Positions 27,450-42,294 are shown, counted from the stretch's first letter. The stretch: DNA of 64,000 nucleotides from Eledone cirrhosa (GCA_964016885.1 OZ024745.1:109802001-109866000), one strand, 5' to 3'. Numbers and translations: made by a program. Notes: generated from the letters alone by a model not told the origin.

Positions 27450-27750
27450 CTAGAAATGATGTGTTAAGCTTTCACTGTCTACATGTTCTATCTAAGTCAA
27501 TTGTGCAGATCACAAATTCGTGGTCTGAGCATGTTAACACAAATTCGTGGTCTGAGCATGTTAACACAAATTCATGGTCTGAGCATGTTAACACAAATTC
27601 GTGGTCTGAGCATGTTATCACAAATTCGTGGTCTGAGCATGTTAACACATCATTTCTAGAAACACGAGAAATGATGTGTTAAGCTTTCACTGTCTACATG
27701 TTCTATCTAAGTCAATTGTGCAGATGACAAATTCGTGGTCTGAGCATGTT
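27450..27750. repeat. 27-bp tandem repeat (5 copies) within a local duplication
   Basis: ACAAATTCGTGGTCTGAGCATGTTAAC x5; the preceding ~60 bp is repeated at 27670-27750. Confidence 0.9.
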
Positions 27751-27799
27751 ACAGTTTGTAATTGCAGACATCCTACGCTATATATATCTACTAACTTAA

Positions 27800-28330
27800 T
27801 AAAAACAAAAAACACTATCTAGATGACTATATGTGATTGTTCCATTTCTGTACTAGTACCTTCTGAAAATCTAATCTGTATCTGCCAAAGATTTGGAAGT
27901 CTCTGATAAGATTTTTGAAGCTTTTGCACCTTCCTCTTCTATCAGTTACCTTCACACTGTTCTTTTGAATGTAAAGAATACCATTCCAGTCCCTTGTTAA
28001 CAGTATATGGCAAAACATTACAAGAAAGGCTTTCAAACACCTGAAGAAATCCAATCTCAGTTGGGGCATAGACAGCTATAATTCTGGAAGCAGCCCCTTT
28101 GTTACTGCTCACATCTGGGACCACCAATTTACCACCTGAGTCCAGGTAGATTGTCCATACTTCAATGTCTAGACCTTTCTGAAACAGCATTATCTCTCCA
28201 CCTTATATTCCAGACTAACTGAGATTTCAAAATCATCAACATTGGTGCTAGTGTACATATATAAGAAAACCTGGTCACACTGATGGTTGTCATATCTATA
28301 GCTAGTGATCTGAAATCAGTGAGGAAGCGA
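27800..28330 (-). pseudogene. Decayed Tx1-like ORF2 endonuclease fragment
   Basis: LFQKGLDIEVWTIYLDSGGKLVVPDV..RIIAVYAP and RDWNGIL align with LLDKRLTLDVQIVHSDPGGRLLVLDV..RLVGLYAP and GDWNGIL of the intact ORF2. Frameshifted. Confidence 0.8.
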
Positions 28331-28489
28331 CCTTCTGAAAAGCTCTTCACTTTTGAAAAGCACTTCCATGACTTCAAACTGCCTTCCCTTTATGACAAAT
28401 CCAATGTTGGGCCATACTTCAATTTGGACCTATGATGTATACTCCTCTTTATTTCGGCTGCGGATGGACTCTTCTTTATTTATTTATTT

Positions 28490-28810
28490 ATTTATTTCGG
28501 CCGCGGATGGCCAACATAACCCCAACCCCAGCCCCCTCATGTTATGTTGGTACCACAACATCCAGTCCTAAATAAATGAGGTCGTGTAGGTGTCACGACA
28601 AAAAAACACACAGTCCTCGCTGTAATTTTGCCGTGTAGGTAACACGGTAAAAACCTCCCAGTCCACACTGTAAACGTGGTTGGTGTTAGGAAGGGCATCC
28701 AGCCGTAGAAAACCCGCCAGACAGTCCTATACGAGCAAGACAACCAATCTTGGCTCAAGTGGGAAAATTCCCATCCAAACCCATGCTAGCGTGGAAGATG
28801 GACGTTAAAC

Positions 28811-28841
<31 letters not shown>
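28490..28841 (+). mobile_element. Non-autonomous RTE-tailed element (relatives at 31110-31380, 35130-35465, 47990-48295; tail-only copies at 13681-13735, 60390-60478, 62715-62777)
   Basis: Shared GTGTAGGTGTCACGAC..GGTTGGTGTTAGGAAGGGCATCCAGC..GGACGTTAAACGATGATG. No tRNA head seen. Confidence 0.75.
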
Positions 28842-29059
28842 TGTTGTTTTCTTTTGTTTTCATTGGTGCTATTTAAAATTGTCTTGGTTCCTTGGATCAA
28901 GTTATCACTGTGTTTGCTTTCATTGTTGATTTCCTTATTAGCAAGAAAATAACAGAGATGCAACAATATGTGTTTTAAACAATGGAAACAAACTTACTTG
29001 AGCTGAAGTGATACATGTCAGAAGTAAATAACAAGTATAACAATAATTATGATAATAAT

Positions 29060-29885
29060 TATTGTTTCTACTTTTGGCCCAAAGCCAGCAATTTGAAGGG
29101 AAGGGGAAAATCGATTAAATCAACCCCAGTGCATTCTTTATTTTATCAACCCCGTAAAGATGAAAGACAAAGCTAATCTAGGCAGGATTTGAGCTCAGAA
29201 CCTGAAGGGACATAACTATATATTGCAGAACATATTGTCTGATGCTTTAATGAATCTGTCAGTTCACCACCCTAAATAATAATAATTGTTTCTACTTTAG
29301 GCACAAGGCCAGCAATTACCCAGTGCGTTACTGGTACTTTATTTCATCGACCCCGGCGGGATTTGAACTCAGATCGTAAAGGGACGTATAATAATAATAG
29401 TAATGATTTTTACTATAGGCACAATGCCAGCAATTTTGGGGGAAGGGAAAATAAATTAAATTGACCCCAGTGCATTACTGGTGCTTTATTTATTGACCCC
29501 ATGTGGATAAAAGGTAAAGCTAACCTTGGTGGGATTTCAACTCATAAGATCAGCAAATATGAGTTACAGAAGATCAGGCTACTAGGAACAGCACACATTC
29601 TCAGATGAGTTCTCTCTCTACAATGAAAACATCTATTGCTCTGGGTTCAAGGCCTGAACCCAGAGAAACAGAACTGAGCTAAACGAAATAACACAACAAA
29701 AATAATAATAATTGTTTCTACTATTGGCACAAGGCCAGCAATTACCCCCAGTGCATTACTGGTACTTTATTTTATCGACCCCCGTAAGGATAAAAGGCAA
29801 AGTTAACCTTGGTGGGATTTGAACTCAGACCATAAAGGGACGTAACTCTATGCTGGAAAGCATGGTGTCTGACCCTCTACTGATA
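29060..29885 (-). mobile_element. Cluster of four SINE copies (2151 family) in (AAT)n-rich sequence
   Basis: Copies at ~29060-29272, 29285-29388, 29405-29545 and 29711-29885, all in the same orientation. Confidence 0.8.
29545..29710 (+). mobile_element. 3' end of an R4/Dong-like (restriction-like endonuclease) non-LTR element
   Basis: ELQKIRLLGTAHILR matches the LQKxxLLGTAxILR terminus of R4-clade ORFs. Short 3' UTR hairpin CTCTGGGTTCAAGGCCTGAACCCAGAG; ends in (AAT)n. Confidence 0.65.
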
Positions 29886-30349
29886 ATACCTAATAAAAGG
29901 CTGCACACACACACACACACATCTACGTCATGAACACAGAGGTTTATATTGTGGTGTTGCAGAAACTCACATGAAGCTGTTGATAACATAAATAATGATG
30001 ATAATAATAATAATAATAATAATAGAATATTGATAAAAATAAACACGATGGTGATAATAATAGTGAGGAAAAAAAAACAGGAAGAGAATAATTGTTTGTG
30101 GATATAGAACCATAATGCTGTGTGACAACTCTTCAAAGGACACCTGCCAAAAGATGAGACATTTAATCAACCAGGGATAATGGAATGCATCTGTCAGTTG
30201 AACAGTCCTACTTAATATAGAGTGAATATTTTTGGCACAACCTAGTAAGGTCAGATGCTTCCGATCAATGCTTTGTCCAAATAGAAGATGAGGTCATGTA
30301 AATTTTACTAATGATTAATCTTATTTACTTCCTCTAGTGAACCTTACTT

Positions 30350-30579
30350 AAACCTTTCATTATCATATTTCTAATGAAAAACACTGAAAATAATTTCCCA
30401 ACCATTTTGAAAATAATCAAGAATTTCTAAGAATTACTAAGCTGGCATTTAGGACATAAATTTAAGGTTCTTACCAAAAAATATGATGAAATGTTTTCAA
30501 GTTATGAACATTTGAAAATGGCAATTTTTGTATCATCGAGCCAGGGCAGGTTTTAGGCAGGTTTGTATCAAATGGTTAA
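30350..30579. mobile_element. Older second piggyBac-like MITE family (relatives at ~11961-12480, 26646-27100, 48300-48521, 51390-51653, 54961-55200)
   Basis: Degenerate ends TTAACCYTTTTGATACC.. / ..ATGAAAGGGTTAA and shared internal AT-rich blocks. Confidence 0.5.
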
Positions 30580-30809
30580 GTTGCTATTGTTGTTTTTGAT
30601 GTTATTGACAATGGTCAGTTCTAGGAAGTCTTAGGATTAAAAACATTCCAGTTGTAATTAAACATTCCTTATCTGTTAGACACGCAGTGACTAACAACAG
30701 AATGTTTTAAGTCTGCGTGTCTGACATATATGCGTAGTTTGTGAATAAAAAATTCAAGGGGTGTCGCTGGCCGTGGTGATCGCTGCCAAACATGTTTTGT
30801 AATGTATAG

Positions 30810-30845
30810 TCTTATTGGCTAATTTCATCGTCTTATTGGCTAATC
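30810..30845. promoter_or_regulatory. Duplicated CCAAT-box-like motif (TCTTATTGGCTAAT x2) in a locally CpG-richer patch
   Basis: Two direct copies 21 bp apart; may instead be internal to a repeat. Confidence 0.2.
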
Positions 30846-31495
30846 AACGAATGAGAATAATTGTTGCTCAAAAGCATCCGCCACTTTGTTTGCACGTTTA
30901 TTTATCGTTTCGCTTTCGAATCTTCCTCCTGTATTTCGTCGTTTATCATCAAAATATTTTTCTCGTTTTGGAAAGTTATATTGTTAATTTATACATGATT
31001 TTTTAAATTTATATTAACTATTTCTTTTTAAGTTCGTTATAACATGCTTATAATATTGGTTGTATCATATTTACTTGTATATTTGTCCATATTAAATGAG
31101 ATAAATGAGATCGAGATCGAGATCGTGTAGGTGTCACGAGAAAAAAACACACAGTCCACGCTGTAATGTGGTTGTGTAGGTAACACGGTAAAAAGTTCCC
31201 AGTTTCACACTGTAAATGTGGTTGGTGTTAGGAAGGACATCCAGCCGTAGAAAACCTGCCAGATAGTCCTATATGAGCGAGACATGGTCGCCCGGCCAGC
31301 CTTGCCTCAAGTGAGACAACTCCCATCTAACCCATGCTAGCGTGGAAAATGGACGTTAAACGAAGATGATGATGATGATGTTGATTGTTAATTTGAAAAT
31401 TAGTTCTGGCAATTAAAACATAAATGCAGTTTATTTTTGTTAGAAATATAGTTACAAAAAGTTAATAAAAAGGACAATTTAGTCGCATATATTCC

Positions 31496-31943
31496 ACTAG
31501 ACCTGGAAAATGCGCAAGCTCAAAAGAGCCACAGAATGTTATAATAAACCTTCAAAAGTGTGGGACTAGAGTTGTATGTTCAAAAATATTGTAATCATTA
31601 TCTATCGTACACTCTGTGGCATCCTTTTATAAAAAAAGAGACTCATAACGAACTCAACACGACATGATAATTATTTAAACTAATGTTCAATATCTCATAT
31701 TAGATGTTTAGTAATGATTAACACGAAATGCACTTAAACCGAATTCTATATTATAAATTCACTTAAATAATTATCGTGTCGGCTTGAGTTCGTTATGAGT
31801 CTCTATTTTATAAAAGGATGCCTCAGAATGTACGATAGATAATGATTACAATATTTTTGAGCGACAACTCTAATCCCACACCTTTGAAGGTTTATTATAA
31901 CATTCTGTGGCTCTTTTGATCTTGCGCATTTTTCAGGTCTAGT
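31496..31943. mobile_element. Fold-back MITE with ~180-bp TIRs
   Basis: ACTAGACCTG..GATAATTATTTAA / TTAAATAATTATC..CAGGTCTAGT. TSD ambiguous (TA or CTAG). Confidence 0.85.
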
Positions 31944-32147
31944 TTAATAATTTTTTAAGGCAACGCTTGTAATAACTCTAGTTAAACATGATATATATTA
32001 ATAATAAATTATCTTTGTAATATAATTAGATTATATAATTGTTATTTTATAAATGATCTTATAAATATTATTGTAAGATGTATAAAAATATTTTCAGACT
32101 TTTAATATAAACAACTACAAAAAACAATCAATATTAAATAAATATAT

Positions 32148-32922
32148 GCTGAGTTCAAATCCCGCCGAGGTTGACTTTGCCTTTCATCCTTACGGGGTCG
32201 ATAAAATAAAGTACCAGTAATGAACTGGGTATTTGCTGGCCTTGTGCCTAAAGTAGAAACAAATATTAAATAAATATATTTTACATAATAATTGTTATAG
32301 TTGAATTAATAAAAATTAAATATTACATACAAATAATCTAACATAAAACGAACAATAATGATAATAATGAAATTATTGTGTAAAGTGCTCAGGTGCACTA
32401 CAACTCGTCAAAGGTGCATGTATAGTACATAGAATAATTGTTTCTACTTTTGGAACAAAGCCAGCAATTATTCCAGTGCATTACTGGTACTTTATTTTAT
32501 CGACCCCGTAAGGATGAAAGGCAAAGTTAACCTCGGTGGGATTTGAACTCAGAATGGCAAGGGCTGTAACTCTATGCATCAAAGCATGGCGTCCAACCCT
32601 CTACCGATACTGCCAATACACAAATGTCAGGGAAGTGAATAGTGTATGAGTCTCTTTTTTTATAAAAGGATGCCACAGAGTGTACGATAGATAATGATTA
32701 GAATATTTTTGAACATACAACTCTAGTCCCACACTGGGCTGTGTAGGGAGTGTTTGAAACTATAATTGTTTCTACTTTTCGCACAAGGCCAGCAATCACC
32801 CAGTGTATTACTGGTACTTTATTTTATCGACCCTGTAAGGATGAAAGGCAAAGTTAACCTCGACGGGATTTGAACTCAGAATGGAAAGGGCCGTAACTCT
32901 ATGCGTCATAGCATGACGTCCG
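32148..32922. mobile_element. Three SINE copies (2151 family): 32148-32262 (+), 32435-32616 (-), 32764-32922 (-)
   Basis: Family motifs. Confidence 0.8.
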
Positions 32923-33029
32923 AATGAATGTTTAATAGCTGAAGATATGGAGGCAGAAGTAATGATGATAAAGATAATTTCTATGGTGGTTGTTGCCATC
33001 ATTATATTATTACTATTATCATTATTATT

Positions 33030-34660
<1,631 letters not shown>

Positions 34661-35682
34661 ACTTGGGTGGTACACATAATCTGTCAGCCATTTTAACAAC
34701 ATCCGTAGCATCCACTGTGTTGCAAGCATTTGAGTCAGCTCTTCCACTAGCATTGAGCACATTGAAAAACAAAATGGAAATTATGGGCAGTGCTTTATCT
34801 CTTCAATGAAACTATAAAAAGACATATAGTCGCAGGCATGGCTGTGTATTTAAAGAGTTTATTTTACAACCCTGTGGTTCTGTGTTCAATCCTACTGCAC
34901 AGCACCTTTGGAAAGTGTCATCTGATATAGCTTCAGGCTGATCAATTCTGGGAAGTGGAATTTGGTAGCCAGAAACTTCAGAAGCCAATTGTGCTTTCCT
35001 CAACTTCCTCCTAAGCATGATACTAATAAGAATTTGTGTTTTTTGTGTGCTTGTGTTGTCATTTCCATAACGATATATAAATACAAAAAATAAATACAAA
35101 GTAAAACCTACTACAGTCAGTAGGCATCTCTAACAAAATACACCCCCGCCCCATCCACACCGCCCCCTTCTATGTAAAGTTATGTTGGTGCCACACCATC
35201 CAGGCCGAAACAAATGAGATCGTGTAGGTGTCACGACAAAAAAACACACAGTCCACGCTGTAATGTGGCCGTGTAGGCAACACGGTAAAAACCTCCCAGT
35301 CCACACTGTAAATGTGGTTGGTGTTAGGAAGGGCATCCAACTGTAGAAAACCTGCCAGACAGTCCTATGCGAGCAAGACAATCACTCTTGCCTCAAGTGG
35401 GAAAACCTCCATCCAAACCCATGCAAGCATGGAACACGGACGTTAAACGTTGATGATGATGATGATATATATGAATACACACAGTGGGTAGACAAGACTT
35501 CATCAATGTGTATATAAATATTCACATTTTTAATATGTAGATATGTAAATGTCAGAAAAATTAGAATTTCCACGTAAAATGAAAAAAAATGATAAACACC
35601 TTAAATTGATTTCTGACCTACAAAACTCAGAAGAGACAAGCACATAGACAATTCCCACTCATTGACTGTCTTTGGGGATCAT

Positions 35683-36280
35683 TATAGTTTCAGCACAGTT
35701 ACGTCCCTTTACGGACTGAGTTCAAATCCCGCTGAGGTTAACTTTGCCTTTCATCCTTACGGGGTCGATAAAATAAAGTACCAGTAATGCACTGGTTAAT
35801 TGCTGGCCTTGTGCCTAAAGTAGAAACAATTATAGTTTCAGCACAGTTACGTCCCTTTACGGACTGAGTTCAAATCCCGCTGAGGTTAACTTTGCCTTTC
35901 ATCCTTACGGGGTCGATAAAATAAAGTACCAGTAATGCACTGGTTAATTGCTGGCCTTGTGCCTAAAGTAGAAACAATTATAGTTTCAGCACAGTTACGT
36001 CCCTTTACGGACTGAGTTCAAATCCCGCTGAGGTTAACTTTGCCTTTCATCCTTACGGGGTCGATAAAATAAAGTACCAGTAATGCACTGGTTAATTGCT
36101 GGCCTTGTGCCTAAAGTAGAAACAATTATAGTTTCAGCACAGTTACGTCCCTTTACGGACTGAGTTCAAATCCCGCCGAGGTTAACTTTGCCTTTCATCC
36201 TTACGGGGTCGATAAAATAAAGTACCAGTAATACACTGGGATAATTGCTGACCTTGTGCCAAAAGTAGAAACAATTATAG
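35683..36280 (+). repeat. Head-to-tail tandem array of four 148-bp 5'-truncated SINE units
   Basis: TATAGTTTCAGCAC starts at 35683, 35831, 35979 and 36127. The first three units look identical; the fourth has several substitutions. Confidence 0.92.
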
Positions 36281-36523
36281 ATTCAAACACTCCCCACACA
36301 GCCTAATTTTTTTACTCAAAACTATATCTATATATATGTAAGTTTGAGTATGTGTTGGTTAATTACTAACACTTCAGTATGCAGTGCATACTGAAGTGTT
36401 GATGAAGTGCACAGGTGGGTCTGTTTACTCCAGAGTAATTTAAAAACAAGAAGTGTAAGTCAACAATACCATACTTCGACACTGGGTATATCAAAAGATC
36501 AAAATAACAGAGGTAAACTTTGT

Positions 36524-36702
36524 TGGCAGTATCGGTAGAAGGTCGGATGCCATGCTTTGACGCATAGAGTTATGGCCCTTGCCATTCTGAGTTCAAATCC
36601 CGCCGGGGTTAACTTTTCCTTTCATCCTTACGGGGTCGATAAAATAAAGTACCAGTAATGTACTGGGTATTTGCTGGCCTTGTGCCAATAGTAGAAACAA
36701 TT
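36524..36702 (+). mobile_element. SINE copy (2151 family) nested in an inverted-repeat-bounded element (36441-36848)
   Basis: Family motifs. Outer 23-bp inverted repeat TAAAAACAAGAAGTGTAAGTCAA / TTGACTTACACTTCTTGTTTTTA. Confidence 0.75.
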
Positions 36703-36856
36703 ATGTTTTTTCTGTTTTTCCTGTTCAAGTTTTTGCTGTCTGATGAGGTTATAGCTGTTGAATAATGGTTATCACCGAAATATATATTACAACGAATAAG
36801 CATAAAACAAAGTTAATTTTAACCTTTGACTTACACTTCTTGTTTTTATATTTATA

Positions 36857-36891
<35 letters not shown>

Positions 36892-37429
36892 CCACAAGGG
36901 TGTGTGTGTGTGTGTGTGTATGTTTATGTTTGTGACTGTGTTTATGTCATGTAACTTAGCAGTTCAACATAAAAAAGATTGATAAAATAAATACCAGGTT
37001 TGAAAAAATAAATACTAGAGTTGATATGATCAACTAAATCAATGCAATGCTGCATCATGGTCATAGTCTAATGACTGAAACTAGTAACTTTGGTAACTTA
37101 AACAGAAGAAAGTAGAAATGGGGAAGTGTAGGATATAAACGCTTCAAGTATATTTAGAGGGAAGGAAAAAGCTAAAGGCATATTTAAAATAACTACCCTC
37201 TCCCCCAGGACCTCCCCCACACTAGGGGGTGCCCCACCCCTACCATGCTCCATCTAACAGACATTCCAACAGATTAGATTCCAGTAAATGATTTCTTCTG
37301 ATATCTGACATATCCATTTACTGACAAATGATCGTTGTACTCAGCGAACGATTATTTATCACATGGGGCAGTTGATACCCTTATCTAAAGAAGATATCTT
37401 CAAGAAACACACACATAACAGTTCACAGA

Positions 37430-37688
<259 letters not shown>

Positions 37689-37706
37689 GTATATACATAT
37701 ATATAC

Positions 37707-37797
<91 letters not shown>

Positions 37798-37828
37798 CAT
37801 ATATATATATATATGTATATATATGTAT

Positions 37829-37874
<46 letters not shown>

Positions 37875-38070
37875 GGATATTTAGAATAATCTTGACACTT
37901 AAGCTTTATTACAAATAAAATCAGTTTTATCTATTTGATACAACATGGTGCTTGTACTACATAAGGCTTACTAGTTGGCTCCGAGCAGCACCACAATTAT
38001 GTTTGTTGAATACTGGGTCTCAGGATTAGCTAGAGCTCTAGCAATAGTTTCGGTTAATTCTTCATTTTAA

Positions 38071-38421
38071 AGTAGTGATTATTTCACCTACTTATTCTCG
38101 GAAAAAACAATGGGGAGTAATCGACAGTCCTGTTTCTCGCTCATTACATACAGTATATTATCAAAGATACTATACATACATTAATATATACATTGCTATT
38201 TCAGAGCACCAATACTAATATCTAATTTTGGCTGGACTGACAATTGCTCTGTTTAATCAACTCTTAAACATTACTGGAATTCTATAAGAATCCAACTTCT
38301 ATAACTCTCGGCAGAAACGAAGGTGTGAGTAGTCTTGATAACCACTAACGAACAAGAAACAGAACTGTCGATTACTCCCCTTTGTTTTTGCCGAGAATAA
38401 ATAAGTGACATAGTCACTACT
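38071..38421. mobile_element. Kolobok-like MITE
   Basis: TTAA|AGTAGTGA..TCACTACT|TTAA with ~70-bp imperfect TIRs. TTAA TSD with AG..CT termini fits Kolobok rather than piggyBac (CCY..RGG). Confidence 0.7.
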
Positions 38422-39152
38422 TTAAAATTCATAGCGAATGGTCTTCAAAATTTTTATAGTTAAACATACAGTATTATCAAATTTACTATACATAGATTCA
38501 TATATATATATATATGATGCGCTATGTCCTTGAGCAAGTCCCTTTATTTCACGTTGCTCCTGGAGTTGCAACCAATAGATAGTATTAGCAATTGGAAAGA
38601 CCAACGGAAACATTGTTTCCTCGGTCCGATTTGATGAAAGTTGATCAACAAAAAAAATATATATGTATATGTATGGATGGATGGATGGAAGGATGTGTGT
38701 GTCTGTGTGTGTTTGTAAATTATGTGTGTGTGTAAAAATGTATATGTGCAGATGTGTTTAAATGTATATGTGCAGATGTGTTTAAATGTATGGCTGTAAA
38801 TATGTGTTTAGTTGTATGTGTGCGCATATAAATGAGTATGTGTAAATGCAAGTGTAGTTGTATGTATGTTTGTAAACATATATGTACAAATACATGGGTA
38901 TTAAAATGTTTGTGTGTAAATGCACGAGTAAGTATGTATGTGTATAAGTTTATATGTGTTTTAAGGTGTATAGATGTATGTGTGAAAATAAATGTTTGTT
39001 TATGTATAAATGTATGCACGTAAACATATATGTAAAAATGCTTGCACAAATGCATGTAAATGTATTACTATAAATGCATGCAAATTTATTACTAAAAATA
39101 TGTGTATAAATGCATGTACATCAATGTATGTGTATATATATATATATATATA

Positions 39153-39637
39153 TATTATAAAATAACAGGAGGCTGGACTGGTATAACTCCTTAAAAGGTT
39201 TATTATACTATGATCATTTCAATGACCGGGTTCAGTATGAATCCGGTGACATCATCAGGTATTCGAAATATAACAAAGGAATAAGGCGGCCGACCGGGGT
39301 AACAGCTGCTAAATGTTCGGTCGCCCTCATGTCTCTGATTTTCAGCCCCATGGATTTTGTCTATTATATTCCTTTGTTATATTTCGAATACCTGATGATG
39401 TCACCGGATTCATACTGAACCCGGTCATTGAAATGATCATAGTATAATAAACCTTTTAAGGAATTACACCGGTCCAGGCTCCTGTTATTTTATAATAATT
39501 AACACCGTACTCGCACCACCAACTACACAAAGGAAGATGGGTGAGTTGCATTACGTTAAGTGCTCTCCATAATATTACATCGAGGTTGACCATACGGAAT
39601 GACCAGTTCTATCCAGTGGTGAACCAATAAACCTAAA

Positions 39638-39645
<8 letters not shown>
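39153..39645 (+). mobile_element. Penelope-like fold-back element in (TA)n with ~130-bp inverted arms, each containing a hammerhead motif
   Basis: 39153-39282 is the reverse complement of 39368-39497. The unique tail ends AATAAA..(TA)n. Confidence 0.75.
39388..39445 (+). ncRNA. Minimal type I hammerhead ribozyme (inverted copy at ~39205-39262, minus strand)
   Basis: ATAC-CTGATGA-tgtcACCGGaTTCA(tac)TGAAcCCGGTcatt-GAAA-TGATCA-TA-GTAT. Intact core, palindromic stem III, 4-bp stem I; base of stem II imperfect. Confidence 0.7.
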
Positions 39646-39668
<23 letters not shown>

Positions 39669-40749
39669 GTAGAAATGTATGTGTGTAAATATATATGTAG
39701 AAATCTATATATGTGTAAATATGTATGTAGAAATGTATGTGTGTAAATATATATGTAGAAATGTATGTAGATATATATGTAGAGATGTATGTGTGTATAT
39801 ATATATGTGTAGAATGTGTATGTAAATATATATGTAGAAATGTATGTAAATATATGTATGTAGTGATGTATGTGTGTGTATATATATATATATGTATATA
39901 TCTGTGTAGAGATGTATGTAAATATATATGTAGAAATGTGTGTAAATATGTATGTAGAAATCTCTATGTGTGTAAATATATATATGTAGAAATGTGTATA
40001 TGTAAATATATATGTAGAAATGTGTGTATGTAAATATATATGTAGAAATGTGTATATGTAAATATATATGTAGAAATGTGTATATGCAAATATATATGTA
40101 GACATGTGTATATGCAAATATATATGTAGAAATGTGTGTATGTAAATATATATGTAGAAATGTGTATATGTTAATATATATGTAGAAATGTGTTTCAATA
40201 TATATGTAAACATTTATGTTTGTTAATATATATGTAGAAATGTATATGTAGAAATTTATATGCGTGAATATATATATGTAGAGATGTATGTATGCAAATA
40301 TATATGTAGAAATGTATATGTAGAAATTTATATGCGTGAATATATATATGTAGAGATGTATGTATGTAAATATATATGTAGAAATGTATATGTAGAAATT
40401 TATATGTGTGAATATATATATATGTAGAGATGTATGTATGTATTTGTATAAGAAGTTAAGTGATTCAAGGATAAATGCCAGCGCAAATAAACTGAATGTA
40501 TTTCAGAAACACAAAGTATTGTTATATTTGTTATTAAAGAAAGAAAATATAGTTTATAGTTATTACATATAATAGGTGGTTGTTTGTAATTCTTTATCTT
40601 TCTCTCTCATATCATCATGAATATATATATATGTGTTACATACATGCACACACACACATACATACATACACACATATATATATATATATATATACATATA
40701 TATGCACATACACATAAACAGATATACATACATACACATACATACACAT

Positions 40750-40790
<41 letters not shown>

Positions 40791-42189
40791 TACACATAAA
40801 CAGATATACATACACATACATGCACATACATGCACATACATGCACATACATGCACATACATGCACGTAGATGCACATACATGCACATACACATAAAGACA
40901 TATAAAAACACATAAAAACATATAAAAACTCATGCATATATATATATATATTTATATACATGCACATATACAATCCATAAGTACGTAAATACATAAATAC
41001 TTATATACATGCATACATTATATATATGCATACACATACACATACTTACATACATGCATACACATACATACACACATACATTCATACATGTACATACATA
41101 CATGCATCCATACACACATACATACATCCATACATGCACATACATACTGTACATACATGTAATACTTATGTGCATATAGACATACATAAATGCATGTATA
41201 TACATATGTACTTACGTACATACATACATATACATACTTACATACATACATACATATATATACATATACATACATACTTACATACATACATACATACATA
41301 TACTTACATATATACATACATATACTTACATACATACATACACACATACATATACATACATATACATACATATATACTTACATACATATACATACATATA
41401 CATACATATATACATACATATACATACATATACATACATATATACATATACATACATATACATACATACATACATATACATACATACATATACATACATA
41501 CATACATATACATACATACACATACTTACGTACAAACATACATACAAACATACATACGTACATACATACATACATACATATACATACTTACATACAAACA
41601 TACATAGTTACATACATACATATACATACATATACATACATACATACATATACATACATATACATACTTACATACATAGCTACATACATACCTATAAGTA
41701 CGTATCTATGCACTGTATATGAACATTGTGTGTGTGTGTGTGTGTGTGTGTGTATCTGCCTGCATATGCCTGTATATATTAGTATAAGATTGTGTTTATG
41801 ACATATACATAAACACTACCACAGATGTGTATAAATGTGTATATAATATGTGTAGTACCTACATGTGTATATACACATGTGTATATATACATACATGGGA
41901 AAAGATGCGCACATCTTCATTCATTCATTCATATTTAAAGTATTTTTCTTTATACTCCTAACAGCTTCCATTAAAATTATGTGTCTAATTTCTGAGATGG
42001 AAGAATATATACACATGTCCATTCATATTATACATACATACCTATACATCTACATATACACTTACATAAATACATATATGCATAAACACATACATAAAAA
42101 CATCCATAAATACATACATGTATTCATACCTGTATGGTGTGTGTGTGTGTTTTTTGGTGAGTATGTATGTGTGTTGGTATGTGTGTGTG

Positions 42190-42220
<31 letters not shown>

Positions 42221-42237
42221 GTATATATATATGTATG

Positions 42238-42294
<57 letters not shown>

